From Thermoproteota archaeon (GTDB lineage: Archaea > Thermoproteota > Thermoprotei_A > Sulfolobales > Ignisphaeraceae), in contig JAUQPB010000001.1 in the NCBI GenBank assembly GCA_030550585.1, positions 448,001 through 512,000 on the forward strand: a DNA stretch of 64,000 bases. Reading direction: 5' to 3'. Below are positions 27,584-38,137 of the stretch, piece after piece (positions within the stretch are counted from its first letter, which is position 1; each line of letters starts with the position of its first letter). The position numbers were made by a program, and so were the translations under genes. The notes beneath the pieces are model-generated. The model was given only the letters and a program-made list of their open reading frames with translations. It did no database searches and was not told the DNA's origin.

Positions 27584-28744
27584 TTATTTAGAGATCTCCA
27601 ACATCTTTTTGCTGAGCTCATTTATTATCGTACCAGCTCTCTTTATCTTCTCTTCTCCAACAAATAGGTGAAGACCATTATCAAGAACTATCTCACCTCC
27701 TACAATAACGGTTTTCACTGTGTAGAAAGCATTACTTATAGCGTGAACAACCGTCTTACTAGATATTGGTAGAGGGCCGTAGGGAGGCTCTCTAAAACTC
27801 AGCACTATAATGTCTGCTTGTTCGGATTCTCTTATGGATGAAGTGCCAATTTTATTGTTTAGAGAATTGGTATGAGACAGCGCACTCACTGTTGTATACG
27901 CATCTTTGCACACTGAGTATAGAATTGATAGAGATCTCTTTGGATTGAGAAACCCGGTTTCATAGCTCATTATCCCGCAACCAGCCCTCCAGCTGTCTAT
28001 TGATGTGTAGATACATGGTGATGCAACATAGCTCTTCGGATTCAGCAGAATCACATTATTTATTTCTCTTACTATGGGCAAGGCTTTTTCAAACACTTCG
28101 CTATCTACATAAACATAGGTTCTATCCTCGTTTACAACATCTATGAACTCCTTCGACAGCTTAGCTAAATCACCTTCGCTTTCAAGTAGAAGAGCCATTG
28201 AAATCATTTTCTTAGCCATTGCATCCTGATCCTTAACACCCTTTAACAAGGTCTTTTTGAGATGCTCATAATCATCTACTGTAGATATCAGAGAAGCCGG
28301 CAAAACAAATCTAGCTCTAGTCCAGCTATTTGAAGAAGCCTCTGCAAGAGCTTGTACAATCTTTTCATTAGCCTCTCTAATCAAGGTAACAACAGATGTT
28401 ACGCCATGAAACGCCAGGGAAGCAAATGAAACCTCTAAAAGCGTTTCAAGCTCTAATCTAGTAAGTGTTGAGATTGCATTTGACAGGTCGTCGCTGTTGT
28501 CGTTGAATTGAAATAGGTAATGGAGGATATTCCCCATCCCAACAACGAAGCCTGGCAACACAACAGCGAAACTATCATTGATGACATAATCAGCGAACTC
28601 GAGTTCTATTGGCGGAGCACCCTCGCCATAGGTTACTATGACCCCTTTGTCTATAAACAGATATCCGTTTTGTACGAAAGGTTTTTGGCTATTCATTGTC
28701 AATATGGTTGCATTCTCGATTAAGATTTTCATGGATTTGACCAC
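27584..28744 (-). CDS. Degenerate amidohydrolase-superfamily protein (SsnA/MtaD-like scaffold)
   Basis: ILIENATILTM, VLPGFV, ADIIVL, TVIVGG scaffold motifs; HxH absent. Confidence 0.75.
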   Translation of the reverse strand: MVKSMKILIENATILTMNSQKPFVQNGYLFIDKGVIVTYGEGAPPIELEFADYVINDSFAVVLPGFVVGMGNILHYLFQFNDNSDDLSNAISTLTRLELETLLEVSFASLAFHGVTSVVTLIREANEKIVQALAEASSNSWTRARFVLPASLISTVDDYEHLKKTLLKGVKDQDAMAKKMISMALLLESEGDLAKLSKEFIDVVNEDRTYVYVDSEVFEKALPIVREINNVILLNPKSYVASPCIYTSIDSWRAGCGIMSYETGFLNPKRSLSILYSVCKDAYTTVSALSHTNSLNNKIGTSSIRESEQADIIVLSFREPPYGPLPISSKTVVHAISNAFYTVKTVIVGGEIVLDNGLHLFVGEEKIKRAGTIINELSKKMLEISK

Positions 28745-28809
28745 AAGAAAGCGCTACTCTGATACACAATATTGTATTGGATAACAAGGTTTTTAATTTT
28801 TAGTTTATG

Positions 28810-30006
28810 CTATCCTTTCTTCTCTCTTTTTGTCTTTGGCCTTTCAATAGCTATTATTCTGACCCCAACGCCTATAAGTCTTCTCATTACAGCATCTAAG
28901 AATCTTACGTAGGAGCCTCTCTGACCCACAGCAGCGCCAATAACATCCTCATATATTTTTATCTGCAGATTGGGGCCAGCAAAATCAACTTCTTCTATGT
29001 GTTTCCAAATCCATGCTGTAGGATGAAGAGCTCTAACAAAGTCTTTGAAGTCTAGGTTGAGCTCTACTGCTCTTAGCCTCTTGTTCAACTCTTTCTCAGC
29101 AGAATTTATCCTCTCGCCACCTCTTCCAACAACTCTTCCAAGATGCCCCTGCTTAGCAATTATCAAAGCATCTGGAACATGTTCTGGGGATATTTCATAC
29201 CTTTGCTTATCTTGAGCAACATCAACAACAGATATTATATCGGCATCAGGTGCCTTGGCTTTAATAACGTCAAAAATCCTTTTCTCCTCTTCTGTCATTG
29301 TCCTAGACCTTAACTTGTACTCCAATAAAAATCTCAGCCCTCTTTTAGCCCCCTCTCTAACAATGTCTTTTACTCCAAGATCTACAACACGCGATTTCTC
29401 CTCGCTCAACAGAACCTCTCTAATCAATGCAGCTGGATCGCTCTGAACTTCTCTCAAAGCTTGGAAAACCGGATCCCCTGCAACGATTAGTCTGCTGTTT
29501 TGCCCTACCCTAATGATGGCCTCTATAATTGTCTCAGACTTCATTAGCTGGATATCGTCTATAAATATGATAGAATTGTCGAATGTTCTACCCCTAAGAT
29601 AATGAGGATCTGCAATAATAATTTTGCTTCCTATCAATGGCTCTATCTGGCTCCACTCAACAATTTCCCCAATAACATCTTGCATATAGCTCTTGACTAT
29701 TCCCATGAAAGCTTCTGGCGCTTTTGCAAGAGTTATCTCCTCACCTGTAGTCACATCGACAACGGGCTTTATAATAACAAACCTCTTATAGTTGCCTGTA
29801 AGAACACTGTTTATTCCATAGGCTATGCTAAACAGCGACTTGCCTGTGCCCGTGGGCCCAAAAAATCCTAGCACCTCATAGCTTTTATCGTTGAGAGCAT
29901 TGTACATCTCCTCCTGTCCTGGTGTTAGAGGTTTTATTTTGTCCCAGATACCAGCGCTCACAGCCATCACCGCAAGACTCATACTGATTCTCTTAGATAT
30001 CAGCAT
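28810..30006 (-). CDS. PhoH-like ATPase with C-terminal KH domains
   Basis: GPTGTGKS, LRGRTF, DDIQ, GDP; KH GxxG loops VGRGG and VGQRG. Confidence 0.88.
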   Translation of the reverse strand: MLISKRISMSLAVMAVSAGIWDKIKPLTPGQEEMYNALNDKSYEVLGFFGPTGTGKSLFSIAYGINSVLTGNYKRFVIIKPVVDVTTGEEITLAKAPEAFMGIVKSYMQDVIGEIVEWSQIEPLIGSKIIIADPHYLRGRTFDNSIIFIDDIQLMKSETIIEAIIRVGQNSRLIVAGDPVFQALREVQSDPAALIREVLLSEEKSRVVDLGVKDIVREGAKRGLRFLLEYKLRSRTMTEEEKRIFDVIKAKAPDADIISVVDVAQDKQRYEISPEHVPDALIIAKQGHLGRVVGRGGERINSAEKELNKRLRAVELNLDFKDFVRALHPTAWIWKHIEEVDFAGPNLQIKIYEDVIGAAVGQRGSYVRFLDAVMRRLIGVGVRIIAIERPKTKREKKG

Positions 30007-30658
30007 CCCTTAAAAATTTAAATAGCTTTTCAAGCTTTTGCTTCCCCTCTCTAAGCATCTCATTAGCAATGCTTACTATACGCGGCAAATCACTTGCAAC
30101 ATAGCCATCCCTATCTTTAAGGAGAAACGGCACCCATATACCACTCACAACCTCTACAACAATGCCCCCACTGCCAATGGATAAAATACCGCTATGTTTA
30201 AATCCTGCAGATCTTGCTATAATCAATAGCTTGTTTGCTGTTGTCAGATCAACTGCATTAAAATGTATTATAGGCCCGCTTACAATAAGCCATAATCTAT
30301 GCATATGCCTTTGTTCGATAATGCTAGTCAATTCGTTGAGCTGTATTGGCTCATGTTTTTTGAATATTACAAACGCTTCGTCTCTTTGCCACGGGTATGT
30401 AGAATCCACTACAGTTATTCTACCACTACACGAGCTTGTCGTAAATACATTCTTTTTGCTAAAGACCAATAAAATAAGATCCTTTATATCTCTATCAACA
30501 TAGCCTATCTCAACATCTTCCAAAAACCTCTTATATGCTTCCTCCCGCCTAATTCTCCAAAACTTTTCATCTACTTGCTCTTCCAATTCTATCACGATTT
30601 GATAAATGAGGTGTTGTTTGCTATTTGGAGAAAAACTTCTCAAGCTCTTCTCTAACAA
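29993..30658 (-). CDS. taw3: tRNA wyosine-derivative methyltransferase Tyw3/Taw3
   Basis: TTSSCSGRI, PIIH, AGFKHSGI; true start probably ~30596. Confidence 0.92.
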   Translation of the reverse strand: MLEKSLRSFSPNSKQHLIYQIVIELEEQVDEKFWRIRREEAYKRFLEDVEIGYVDRDIKDLILLVFSKKNVFTTSSCSGRITVVDSTYPWQRDEAFVIFKKHEPIQLNELTSIIEQRHMHRLWLIVSGPIIHFNAVDLTTANKLLIIARSAGFKHSGILSIGSGGIVVEVVSGIWVPFLLKDRDGYVASDLPRIVSIANEMLREGKQKLEKLFKFLRDADI

Positions 30659-32552
30659 TCATGGCAACGGTTTTACCGTCGGCGCGACCTCTAACCTCTG
30701 CCATTACCTTTCCCATTAGGTACTGAAAGGCTTTGTCCCCTCTCTTCCTAATTTCATCGGCTAGCTCGTTTATCTTTGTTCTGACAAGGTTTCTCAGCTC
30801 ATCATAGCCTATTCTCCGCAAGCTCAAACTCTTTACTATCTCATCAACAGATGCATCAGGCTTTTGGTATAGTGCTGTGGCTATGGTTATCAAATCCTCT
30901 TTACTAACATCACCTAGGTGTGCTATGGCTATAGCAATTTTGTGGAAGAAGATATCATCAACAACGTCTAAATCAATGCCGTCCTTCTTTAACTCTCCAT
31001 AAACAGTTGTAAAAAGCGTTGCCAAAGTTTTTGGATTTACACCATAAGCTTTAACAAGTTCTTCATATAGCGTCAGATAATCGCTATAGACAAGTTGTTT
31101 TGCAAGCTCAAAGCTGAGGTTGTATTGATAAATAAACTGCTTTATCTTATCATCAACTGTTGGCGGCACAAGCTTCTTAGCTTCTTCAAGTAACTCAACA
31201 GTTATTCTTATTGGTGGTATATCTGTCTCTGGATACATTCTAGCAGCACCTGGCTGGGGTCTCATATACCTTGTGGTACCATCTTCGTTGGCAGCCCTAG
31301 TCTCCTTCGGTATCCCCTCAATAGCCTCAGCACACCTATCTTTAACAACTTCCAATGCTCTTACAGCTTTTTCAGGTTTGTCAACAACAATAACAAATGC
31401 GTCCATGGAATCTATTTGCAATGCATATCGAAGCTCTTTTAAAATATCTTCATCTATTCCATAGCCTGGAAGCTCATCGCTGTGAATAACCCCCTTTACA
31501 CCTGCCCATTGCTTTGCATAGTCGGCAAGTTCTGTACCAAACCTTCTTCCATGTTGTAGCTCAACACCAAGAATTCCATCGAATTTAGGCAATTTCACTG
31601 CATATACCCTACCACCACCCTTTATCCCTTCTAGCACTAGCCTGCTTGAACTGCGACGCAGTATATCGGTTACATCAACAGGCTTCTGAGCCTCCACCTC
31701 AGCTCGGGTCACCCCCCTCTTTCTAAGCTCATCTCTAATCATTTTCAAGCCTATTAGACGCCTAACCTCCTCTTCTATAACCTTTGGGATGAGCTCGAGT
31801 TTCTGAACCCCCTTGATTTCTATCTTTGGACTTCCACTAATAGAGAGATTTAGATCCTGTCTAATGGTTCCAAGACCTCTTCTCGCTTTTCCTGTAAATC
31901 TTAGCATTAAGCCTATCTTCTCAGCAACTCGCCTTGCCTGTATAGGCGATGTTATGTCCGGTGCTGTTGATATCTCTATCAATGGTATTCCTAACCTGTC
32001 TAGGCTATAGGTTACAGCATTTGCTTCTTCAGTTATCTTCCTAGCAGCATCCTCCTCAACAGCTATGCTTTGAATGCCTATAACCCCTTCTTCATCATCG
32101 ATATAGCCACCTAAAGCAACTATAGCTGTCCTCTGAAACCCCGTAGTATTGGAGCCATCTATAACAATCTTTCTCATAACATGGACTTCATCAACAATAA
32201 ATGAGTTGAACGATATTGCAAGCGCTAAAGCAGTTATGAGAGCCTCCCTATTTAGTGGGTGAGGAGGCTCTTCATCAAGCTCAACAAGACATGACGCATC
32301 CAATGGCGCAAGATATTTGTAGAGACGCTTTCTTTGGAACTCGAATGCCGCGGCTGTATCCACTTCTCCAAGCTCGCTCCTAGTAGCTCGTAGAAACCTT
32401 ACAAAAGAAACTGACTTGGACAGCTTTTCATCGTCAACAAGTTTAACAGGACAATTACAGAATAATTTTGTATGTGTATTCAATTGTTGGTGTATCTCAA
32501 GACCTACCTTTAAACCAACTTCCCTGTAATCAATGTTTGTAGGCACAGTCAA
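30621..32552 (-). CDS. gatE: Glu-tRNA(Gln) amidotransferase subunit E
   Basis: GLEIHQQL, RKIVIDGSNTTGFQRT, GTIRQD, RMYPETD. Confidence 0.97.
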   Translation of the reverse strand: MTVPTNIDYREVGLKVGLEIHQQLNTHTKLFCNCPVKLVDDEKLSKSVSFVRFLRATRSELGEVDTAAAFEFQRKRLYKYLAPLDASCLVELDEEPPHPLNREALITALALAISFNSFIVDEVHVMRKIVIDGSNTTGFQRTAIVALGGYIDDEEGVIGIQSIAVEEDAARKITEEANAVTYSLDRLGIPLIEISTAPDITSPIQARRVAEKIGLMLRFTGKARRGLGTIRQDLNLSISGSPKIEIKGVQKLELIPKVIEEEVRRLIGLKMIRDELRKRGVTRAEVEAQKPVDVTDILRRSSSRLVLEGIKGGGRVYAVKLPKFDGILGVELQHGRRFGTELADYAKQWAGVKGVIHSDELPGYGIDEDILKELRYALQIDSMDAFVIVVDKPEKAVRALEVVKDRCAEAIEGIPKETRAANEDGTTRYMRPQPGAARMYPETDIPPIRITVELLEEAKKLVPPTVDDKIKQFIYQYNLSFELAKQLVYSDYLTLYEELVKAYGVNPKTLATLFTTVYGELKKDGIDLDVVDDIFFHKIAIAIAHLGDVSKEDLITIATALYQKPDASVDEIVKSLSLRRIGYDELRNLVRTKINELADEIRKRGDKAFQYLMGKVMAEVRGRADGKTVAMIVREELEKFFSK

Positions 32553-32708
32553 GGCTGCTTTTGCTATGGATACTCACCTCAGTACAAGTCTCTTCATTTC
32601 TGATTTTAATGCTTTATTGCTAAATTGCTAGCTACAGCCACAAAGAAAATGATTAGTAATTACACACATCTACACAATTAAATGGTTTAAAACAAAATTA
32701 AATAGCCT

Positions 32709-32918
32709 CTACTTTTGGGCTGCAGAGGCAGCTTTTCTTGGAACAGATGACGGTGGAACTACCGTAGGTACTGGAAGCCCCTGGGCTTTCCTCTGCCTTA
32801 TCCAATATTCTCGCCTGTTTCTGATTCTAGGTACAAGGTTTCTCTTGGGTTTTGGGGCTATCTTCGGTGTTTGGCTTCTTACTTTACCAGCCTTTGTAAG
32901 GGATCCATGCGATGGCAC
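32709..32918 (-). CDS. rps30e: 30S ribosomal protein S30e
   Basis: [17 protein letters not shown]. Confidence 0.96.
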   Translation of the reverse strand: MPSHGSLTKAGKVRSQTPKIAPKPKRNLVPRIRNRREYWIRQRKAQGLPVPTVVPPSSVPRKAASAAQK

Positions 32919-33077
32919 AAGACAACACCTGCTTTAGACATTCTAGACTTGGATTAACTTATAAGGTTTTATGCACATGATATGGGCTTAGCATAGATGC
33001 TGGGTAAGATAGGCTCTTTCAATATAATTTATATATCTTCTACAACATATAGAAAAATGCTGAAGTAAGGTGCATAT

Positions 33078-34313
33078 ATGATGAGTGAAAGGATATACAT
33101 TGTTGATACACCAATAGGAGTGTTTGCACTAAATCCAAATGGCGAGGTTATAGATAGTCTAGTTTATCCTAAAGACATAGGTAAAGTTGTTGAGGAGATG
33201 CTGTTAACAAGTGAAAGCAAGACCAGCAACACATTGCTTCAGCTATTGGAGTCTCTGAAGAGCAAGATTGATGTGAATAAAGCTGTTTTAGTCTTTGAGG
33301 ATTCTGAAATCGCTAGACAGGTAGGTGAAATAGGATTTAAAACAGTTGTCGAGGTTTCAAATGCTGTAGCCAGGAACTTGCGAAGAGAATTACCAGCTAT
33401 GGCTGTGAAGCTTGGGATATTTAAGACAGAGGATGATTATAGAGAGTATGTGCATCAGATATCCCTTGAGCTTACCAGAAGAAAGCTCAGAAAATTCGCG
33501 CAAAAGAGAGATCTGCTTGCTATTCAAGCTATTAGAGCCATTGACGATATTGATAAGACTCTAAATCTACTTGCGGCAAGGTTGAGAGAGTGGTACAGCA
33601 TTCACTTCCCAGAACTAGACGATATAGCCAAGGAACACGAAGAGTATATAAAGATTGTTGCTGAGCTCGGCTTCAGGGATAGCATATCGCCGGAGGCTCT
33701 CACCAAACTAGGAATCTCAGAAGGTAGGGCAAAGAAGATAGCAGAGGCAGCTAAACAGAGCATAGGTGCAGATCTCTCTGAGATGGACATGAACATCATC
33801 CAGACAGTTGCAAATATATGGCTTGAACTATTCGAGCTTAGACAAAAGCTTACAGACTATATAACACAGGTAATGAAGGAGGTAGCTCCGAATGTAACAG
33901 CATTAGTTGGTCCATTGCTAGGCGCAAGGTTGCTTAGCTTGGCTGGAAGCCTAGAAGAGTTGGCCAAGCTACCAGCAAGCACAGTTCAAGTTCTTGGTGC
34001 AGAAAAAGCGTTGTTTAGGGCTCTGAGAACAGGTGGCAAACCCCCGAAGCATGGTGTAATATTCCAGTTTCCAGAGATTAGAAAAGCTCCAAAGTGGCAG
34101 AGAGGTAAGATTTCAAGGGCTTTGGCAACAAAACTTAGCATAGCGGCTAGAATAGACTTCTTCACGGGTAGATATGTTGGTGAAGAATTGAAGCAGAAAT
34201 TGATGGAGAGAATAGAGGAGATAAAGAAGCTATATCCAAAACCACCGAAGAAGGAAGCTAAAGAGGCTAGGCCAAGACCACGCAGAGAAGGTAGGAGAGA
34301 AGGACGGAAATAG
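33078..34313 (+). CDS. nop5: C/D box RNP protein Nop5
   Basis: REWYSIHFPEL, APN, QVLGAEKALFR, PKHG. Confidence 0.96.
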   Translation: MMSERIYIVDTPIGVFALNPNGEVIDSLVYPKDIGKVVEEMLLTSESKTSNTLLQLLESLKSKIDVNKAVLVFEDSEIARQVGEIGFKTVVEVSNAVARNLRRELPAMAVKLGIFKTEDDYREYVHQISLELTRRKLRKFAQKRDLLAIQAIRAIDDIDKTLNLLAARLREWYSIHFPELDDIAKEHEEYIKIVAELGFRDSISPEALTKLGISEGRAKKIAEAAKQSIGADLSEMDMNIIQTVANIWLELFELRQKLTDYITQVMKEVAPNVTALVGPLLGARLLSLAGSLEELAKLPASTVQVLGAEKALFRALRTGGKPPKHGVIFQFPEIRKAPKWQRGKISRALATKLSIAARIDFFTGRYVGEELKQKLMERIEEIKKLYPKPPKKEAKEARPRPRREGRREGRK

Positions 34314-34385
34314 ATAGATGAATAGGTTTATATAAGCTAAAATTTTGATTTAGTATAGCTAAGTATAAGAGAAAGGCGAAAGGCA

Positions 34386-35093
34386 ATGTCATATTTGGCA
34401 GCAACAAACATTTATGAGCATCCTAAATATCCTAGGGTATATATTGTAGAGCTTGAAGATGGTAGTAGCAAACTAGCTACAAAGAACCTCGTTCCAGGGA
34501 AGAGGGTGTATGGCGAACACCTATTCAAATGGAAAGATGGGGAATACAGAGAGTGGAACGCCTATAGAAGCAAGTTGGCTGGAGCCCTTGTAAAGGGATT
34601 GAAAGAGTTGCCTATAAAGGAAGGGCAGAAGATACTTTACCTCGGAGCAGGATCTGGCACAACAGCAAGCCACATATCTGATATAATAGGCTTAAAGGGA
34701 GCTGTTTATGCAGTTGAATTCGCTCCAAGGGTAATGAGAGAACTGATTGTAGTAGCAGATGATAGACCAAATATTATACCAATCCTAGAGGATGCAAGGT
34801 TTCCAGCGAGATATAGGATAATTGTTGAAGAGGTTGACGGAGTTTATGCAGATGTGGCCCAGCCCGAGCAGGCAAGCATAGTCGCTGATAATGCAGACAT
34901 GTTTTTGAAGAGCGGTGGATGGCTACTATTGGCTATAAAGGCGAGAAGCATTGATGTTACAGCAGAGCCCAGCGAGGTTTACAAGAAAGAGATTGAAACA
35001 TTAAATAGGAGAGGATTCGAAATAATTGATGTTGTCCATCTGGAGCCTTTCGATAAGGATCATGCCATGGTCTACGCCATCTACAAGAAATAG
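34386..35093 (+). CDS. flpA: Fibrillarin 2'-O-methyltransferase
   Basis: VYGE, RSKLAG, LYLGAGSGTTASH, DVAQP. Confidence 0.97.
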   Translation: MSYLAATNIYEHPKYPRVYIVELEDGSSKLATKNLVPGKRVYGEHLFKWKDGEYREWNAYRSKLAGALVKGLKELPIKEGQKILYLGAGSGTTASHISDIIGLKGAVYAVEFAPRVMRELIVVADDRPNIIPILEDARFPARYRIIVEEVDGVYADVAQPEQASIVADNADMFLKSGGWLLLAIKARSIDVTAEPSEVYKKEIETLNRRGFEIIDVVHLEPFDKDHAMVYAIYKK

Positions 35094-35180
35094 TAGGTAG
35101 CTTTGATGAACATATTTTAAGATTTTGAACAACAATTTTTGATGTAACACCCCGGCTAATACTGGCGTTGGGTAAACGGT

Positions 35181-36188
35181 GTGAACGGATATAGCAAAGA
35201 CGGTGCTAATATGGAATACAAGGGTTCTAGAGGGGATGTAGATAAGATATTGTCTAATTTAGTTAAAGCTAGAGGAACAAATATTCTGCACAAGGTGACA
35301 TATCCTAGGGATAGATCGGTTGATCATATAATTGAACATAAAAACTGCAAGACACTGTTAAAGTTCGCAGACAATATATCTTCTCGGGGTAGGCTGTATC
35401 AAGAGCTTAAAAAACTATCAAAAGAACTAAACGTAAACTCTCTTATAGTAGCCAATAAACTAAATGATGAGATGTTGATGCATGAGGTTTTATATATAAG
35501 GGGGCGCCTAGGCCTAGTCTCAACTTATACAATTAAACATTATGCTGCAGGAGATAAGGTCTTTGTATATGAATACAATGGAATGCTATATGTTAAAATT
35601 GATGGAAAGAAACTCAAAGCTCTGAGAGAACAGAAGGGGTTTAGGATACACGAACTTGCAAATGCTGTAGGCGTCTCGGCTAAGGCTTTGAAGGACTATG
35701 AAGATGATAAAATGGATATGACCGTAGAGAGGGCATATAGATTTTTAGAGATTTTTGGAAATGAATTTGAGGACGTTATTGAGGAAGTCGACATCTTCAG
35801 GGATAGAATAATTCAAAAAGAAACTGAAGATCATTCATATAATATAAAAGTCTCTACAGACAAAAGAGCTAAAATTGTAGACAGATTGAGAAGCTATGGA
35901 CTAAAGGCAAACATTTACAACTCCATTCCATCAGATATTATTACAAGCGATGAAAACATCAGATTTTTCATATCTTACATAGAGAGGAGCCTAAGCGAAG
36001 ATGATATAAAGTCAAAATGTGAAAACAATTACTTTTTTGCAAAGACATTCAAAGGAATGCCAGTTGTTGTAGTAGATGATGATATCGATAGAAATAGAAT
36101 TTCATCGATTGAAGAATACGGCTATGTAAGCAAAGTTTCGAACATTGGGCAGTTGGCTAGGGAAATTGTAGAGGAGACCAAAAGATGA
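35181..36188 (+). CDS. Archaeal XRE-HTH transcriptional regulator (COG1395-like)
   Basis: YVKIDGKKLKALREQKG..ELANAVGVS..YE. Confidence 0.8.
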   Translation: MNGYSKDGANMEYKGSRGDVDKILSNLVKARGTNILHKVTYPRDRSVDHIIEHKNCKTLLKFADNISSRGRLYQELKKLSKELNVNSLIVANKLNDEMLMHEVLYIRGRLGLVSTYTIKHYAAGDKVFVYEYNGMLYVKIDGKKLKALREQKGFRIHELANAVGVSAKALKDYEDDKMDMTVERAYRFLEIFGNEFEDVIEEVDIFRDRIIQKETEDHSYNIKVSTDKRAKIVDRLRSYGLKANIYNSIPSDIITSDENIRFFISYIERSLSEDDIKSKCENNYFFAKTFKGMPVVVVDDDIDRNRISSIEEYGYVSKVSNIGQLAREIVEETKR

Positions 36189-36194
36189 TAACAT

Positions 36195-36764
36195 ATGATT
36201 AGACTTGCAATAACTGGAGATCCAGGTGTTGGAAAAACAACACTACTACTAAAGCTAGTTAAATACATAGCTTCTGTGGGCGTCTCTGTTTACGGATTTT
36301 ATTGTCCCGAGGTTCGAGAAGAAGGAAGAAGGATAGGATTCAAAATAGTGGACATAGCAAAAAATAGTGAGGGGTGGCTAGCTCTAGTACCTGAAAAAGC
36401 TATTGAAATGGGTTACAACATTAGCGTTCTTAAGAAGATTGGTAGATATGTTCTAATACATGATGAGGCAGAGAGAATAGGTAAAGAAGCTCTAGCGTTG
36501 TATGATACAAGCGCTGTTTTGGTAATAGATGAAATAGGCCCCATGGAGCTCTCCATAGGTGGTCTACGTGAAGCAATAATAAAGGCAATAAAATTAAGTA
36601 GCAATCTAATGGTAACAATTCATAGGAATATGAGAGACAAAGAGATATGGGACTTACTACATAGTAAAGGAGTAGAGATTGTAGTACTGACCAAAATGAA
36701 CAGAGACAAAATGTTTGACACAATAATTGATAGAATAAGAGACAAAATATCGAAAATAACATGA
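36195..36764 (+). CDS. NTPase (THEP1 family)
   Basis: GDPGVGKTT, RIGF, IDEIGPME. Confidence 0.92.
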   Translation: MIRLAITGDPGVGKTTLLLKLVKYIASVGVSVYGFYCPEVREEGRRIGFKIVDIAKNSEGWLALVPEKAIEMGYNISVLKKIGRYVLIHDEAERIGKEALALYDTSAVLVIDEIGPMELSIGGLREAIIKAIKLSSNLMVTIHRNMRDKEIWDLLHSKGVEIVVLTKMNRDKMFDTIIDRIRDKISKIT

Positions 36765-36854
36765 AGTAACATAGTCCGAGACCTCATTTACTCACTGCAA
36801 TCATAATTGGCATCACCTTAATAATGCTGGCTCCTTACCATATAGTGACCAACG

Positions 36855-38105
36855 ATGTTAAACGAATGTCCTGCAAACCATGATCTAGTACTTGAAGGAT
36901 TAGCAAAGATTTGTATACCAAGCATCGAGCTGTATAAAAGGCCGGATGGCGTATATGAACCTTCATGGGCCCCCACATTCTACAACCCTGAAATGGTCGA
37001 AAACAGGGACATCACAATAGCAGTCCTATACACAACCATGGCTCAATCAACTAGAGGGGAGAAGGATTTCGTTTTTGTTGATCCAATGGCCGCAACTGGT
37101 GTAAGAAGCATTAGATTTGTCTTAGAAGTGGGAGAGCAGCTAAAAAGACCACTACATATCTACATAGGCGACATCTCACCAACTGCTATTGATGTTATCA
37201 AACATAATTTGCGTATTAATAAAATAAACGATTTTTCTAATGTAAATATATCAATCAATTTGATGGATGCAAACGAGCATGTATACTATTTAAAAAGAAA
37301 CAATGTAGCCATAGACTACATCGACGTTGATCCCTTTGGCTCTCCAGCACCATACATACACTCAGCTATTGCATCAATAAAAAGAGGAGGATTAATAGGG
37401 GTTACAGCAACAGATGTTGCCGTCCTAGAAGGAAAATATAGCAATACTTTACTTAGAAGATATGGTATAAAAGGAACAAAAACACAGATATCTAAGGAGA
37501 TTGCCACAAGAGCTCTACTATCATTTTTATTAAGGGTTGCCACAATTTATGATAGATTTATCGAACCTATAGTCTCATATCAATTCAAACACTATGTCAG
37601 AACCTTTATAAGAGTTTTTGAAGGTGCTAGCAAAGCCGATTACTACATATCTAAATGTATTGGTAAAGCATGGCACTGTCCATCTTGTGGCCATAGTTTT
37701 TTTGAAGCAATTGATGAAAAATCTGTACAGAGATCCTGTCCTATTTGTGGAGGTAGTATGGTTTCTATAGAGCCATTGTGGATTTGCAACCTTAATAACG
37801 CACATTACACAAAATCTGTTTATCTAAATGCAGCTGGAATGCCATGGCTAAGAAAAGATTCTTTAAACATTCTTAGCATTTTAAGCGAATCAGAATATGA
37901 ATCTCCAACTATAAGAATTAGCCAATTGGCTAAGAGACTTAAAATAAACATACCTCCTATATCGCTGGTAATCAATTGTTTGAAAGAGCATGGTAGCGGG
38001 GCCCATAGAAGTATTTTCTATGATGATGGGATTGTAACAAATGCACCAGTGGAGCTTGTTATTAAGTGCATAAAATCAGCTTCCAAATCAGGTTCTTCGA
38101 GTTAA
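36855..38105 (+). CDS. trm1: tRNA (guanine26-N2)-dimethyltransferase
   Basis: FYNP..NRD, ATGVRSIR, IDVDPFGSP, TATD, Zn finger. Confidence 0.92.
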   Translation: MLNECPANHDLVLEGLAKICIPSIELYKRPDGVYEPSWAPTFYNPEMVENRDITIAVLYTTMAQSTRGEKDFVFVDPMAATGVRSIRFVLEVGEQLKRPLHIYIGDISPTAIDVIKHNLRINKINDFSNVNISINLMDANEHVYYLKRNNVAIDYIDVDPFGSPAPYIHSAIASIKRGGLIGVTATDVAVLEGKYSNTLLRRYGIKGTKTQISKEIATRALLSFLLRVATIYDRFIEPIVSYQFKHYVRTFIRVFEGASKADYYISKCIGKAWHCPSCGHSFFEAIDEKSVQRSCPICGGSMVSIEPLWICNLNNAHYTKSVYLNAAGMPWLRKDSLNILSILSESEYESPTIRISQLAKRLKINIPPISLVINCLKEHGSGAHRSIFYDDGIVTNAPVELVIKCIKSASKSGSSS

Positions 38106-38137
38106 TAATACCTAATAGGTAAGATCATATTGCATTT

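Noticed and set aside
35103-35159. Possible C/D sRNA downstream of fibrillarin (TTGATGA...TTGA...TTGATGT...CTAA)
   Set aside because: No canonical D box, irregular spacing and an AT-rich guide; more likely terminator or promoter DNA.
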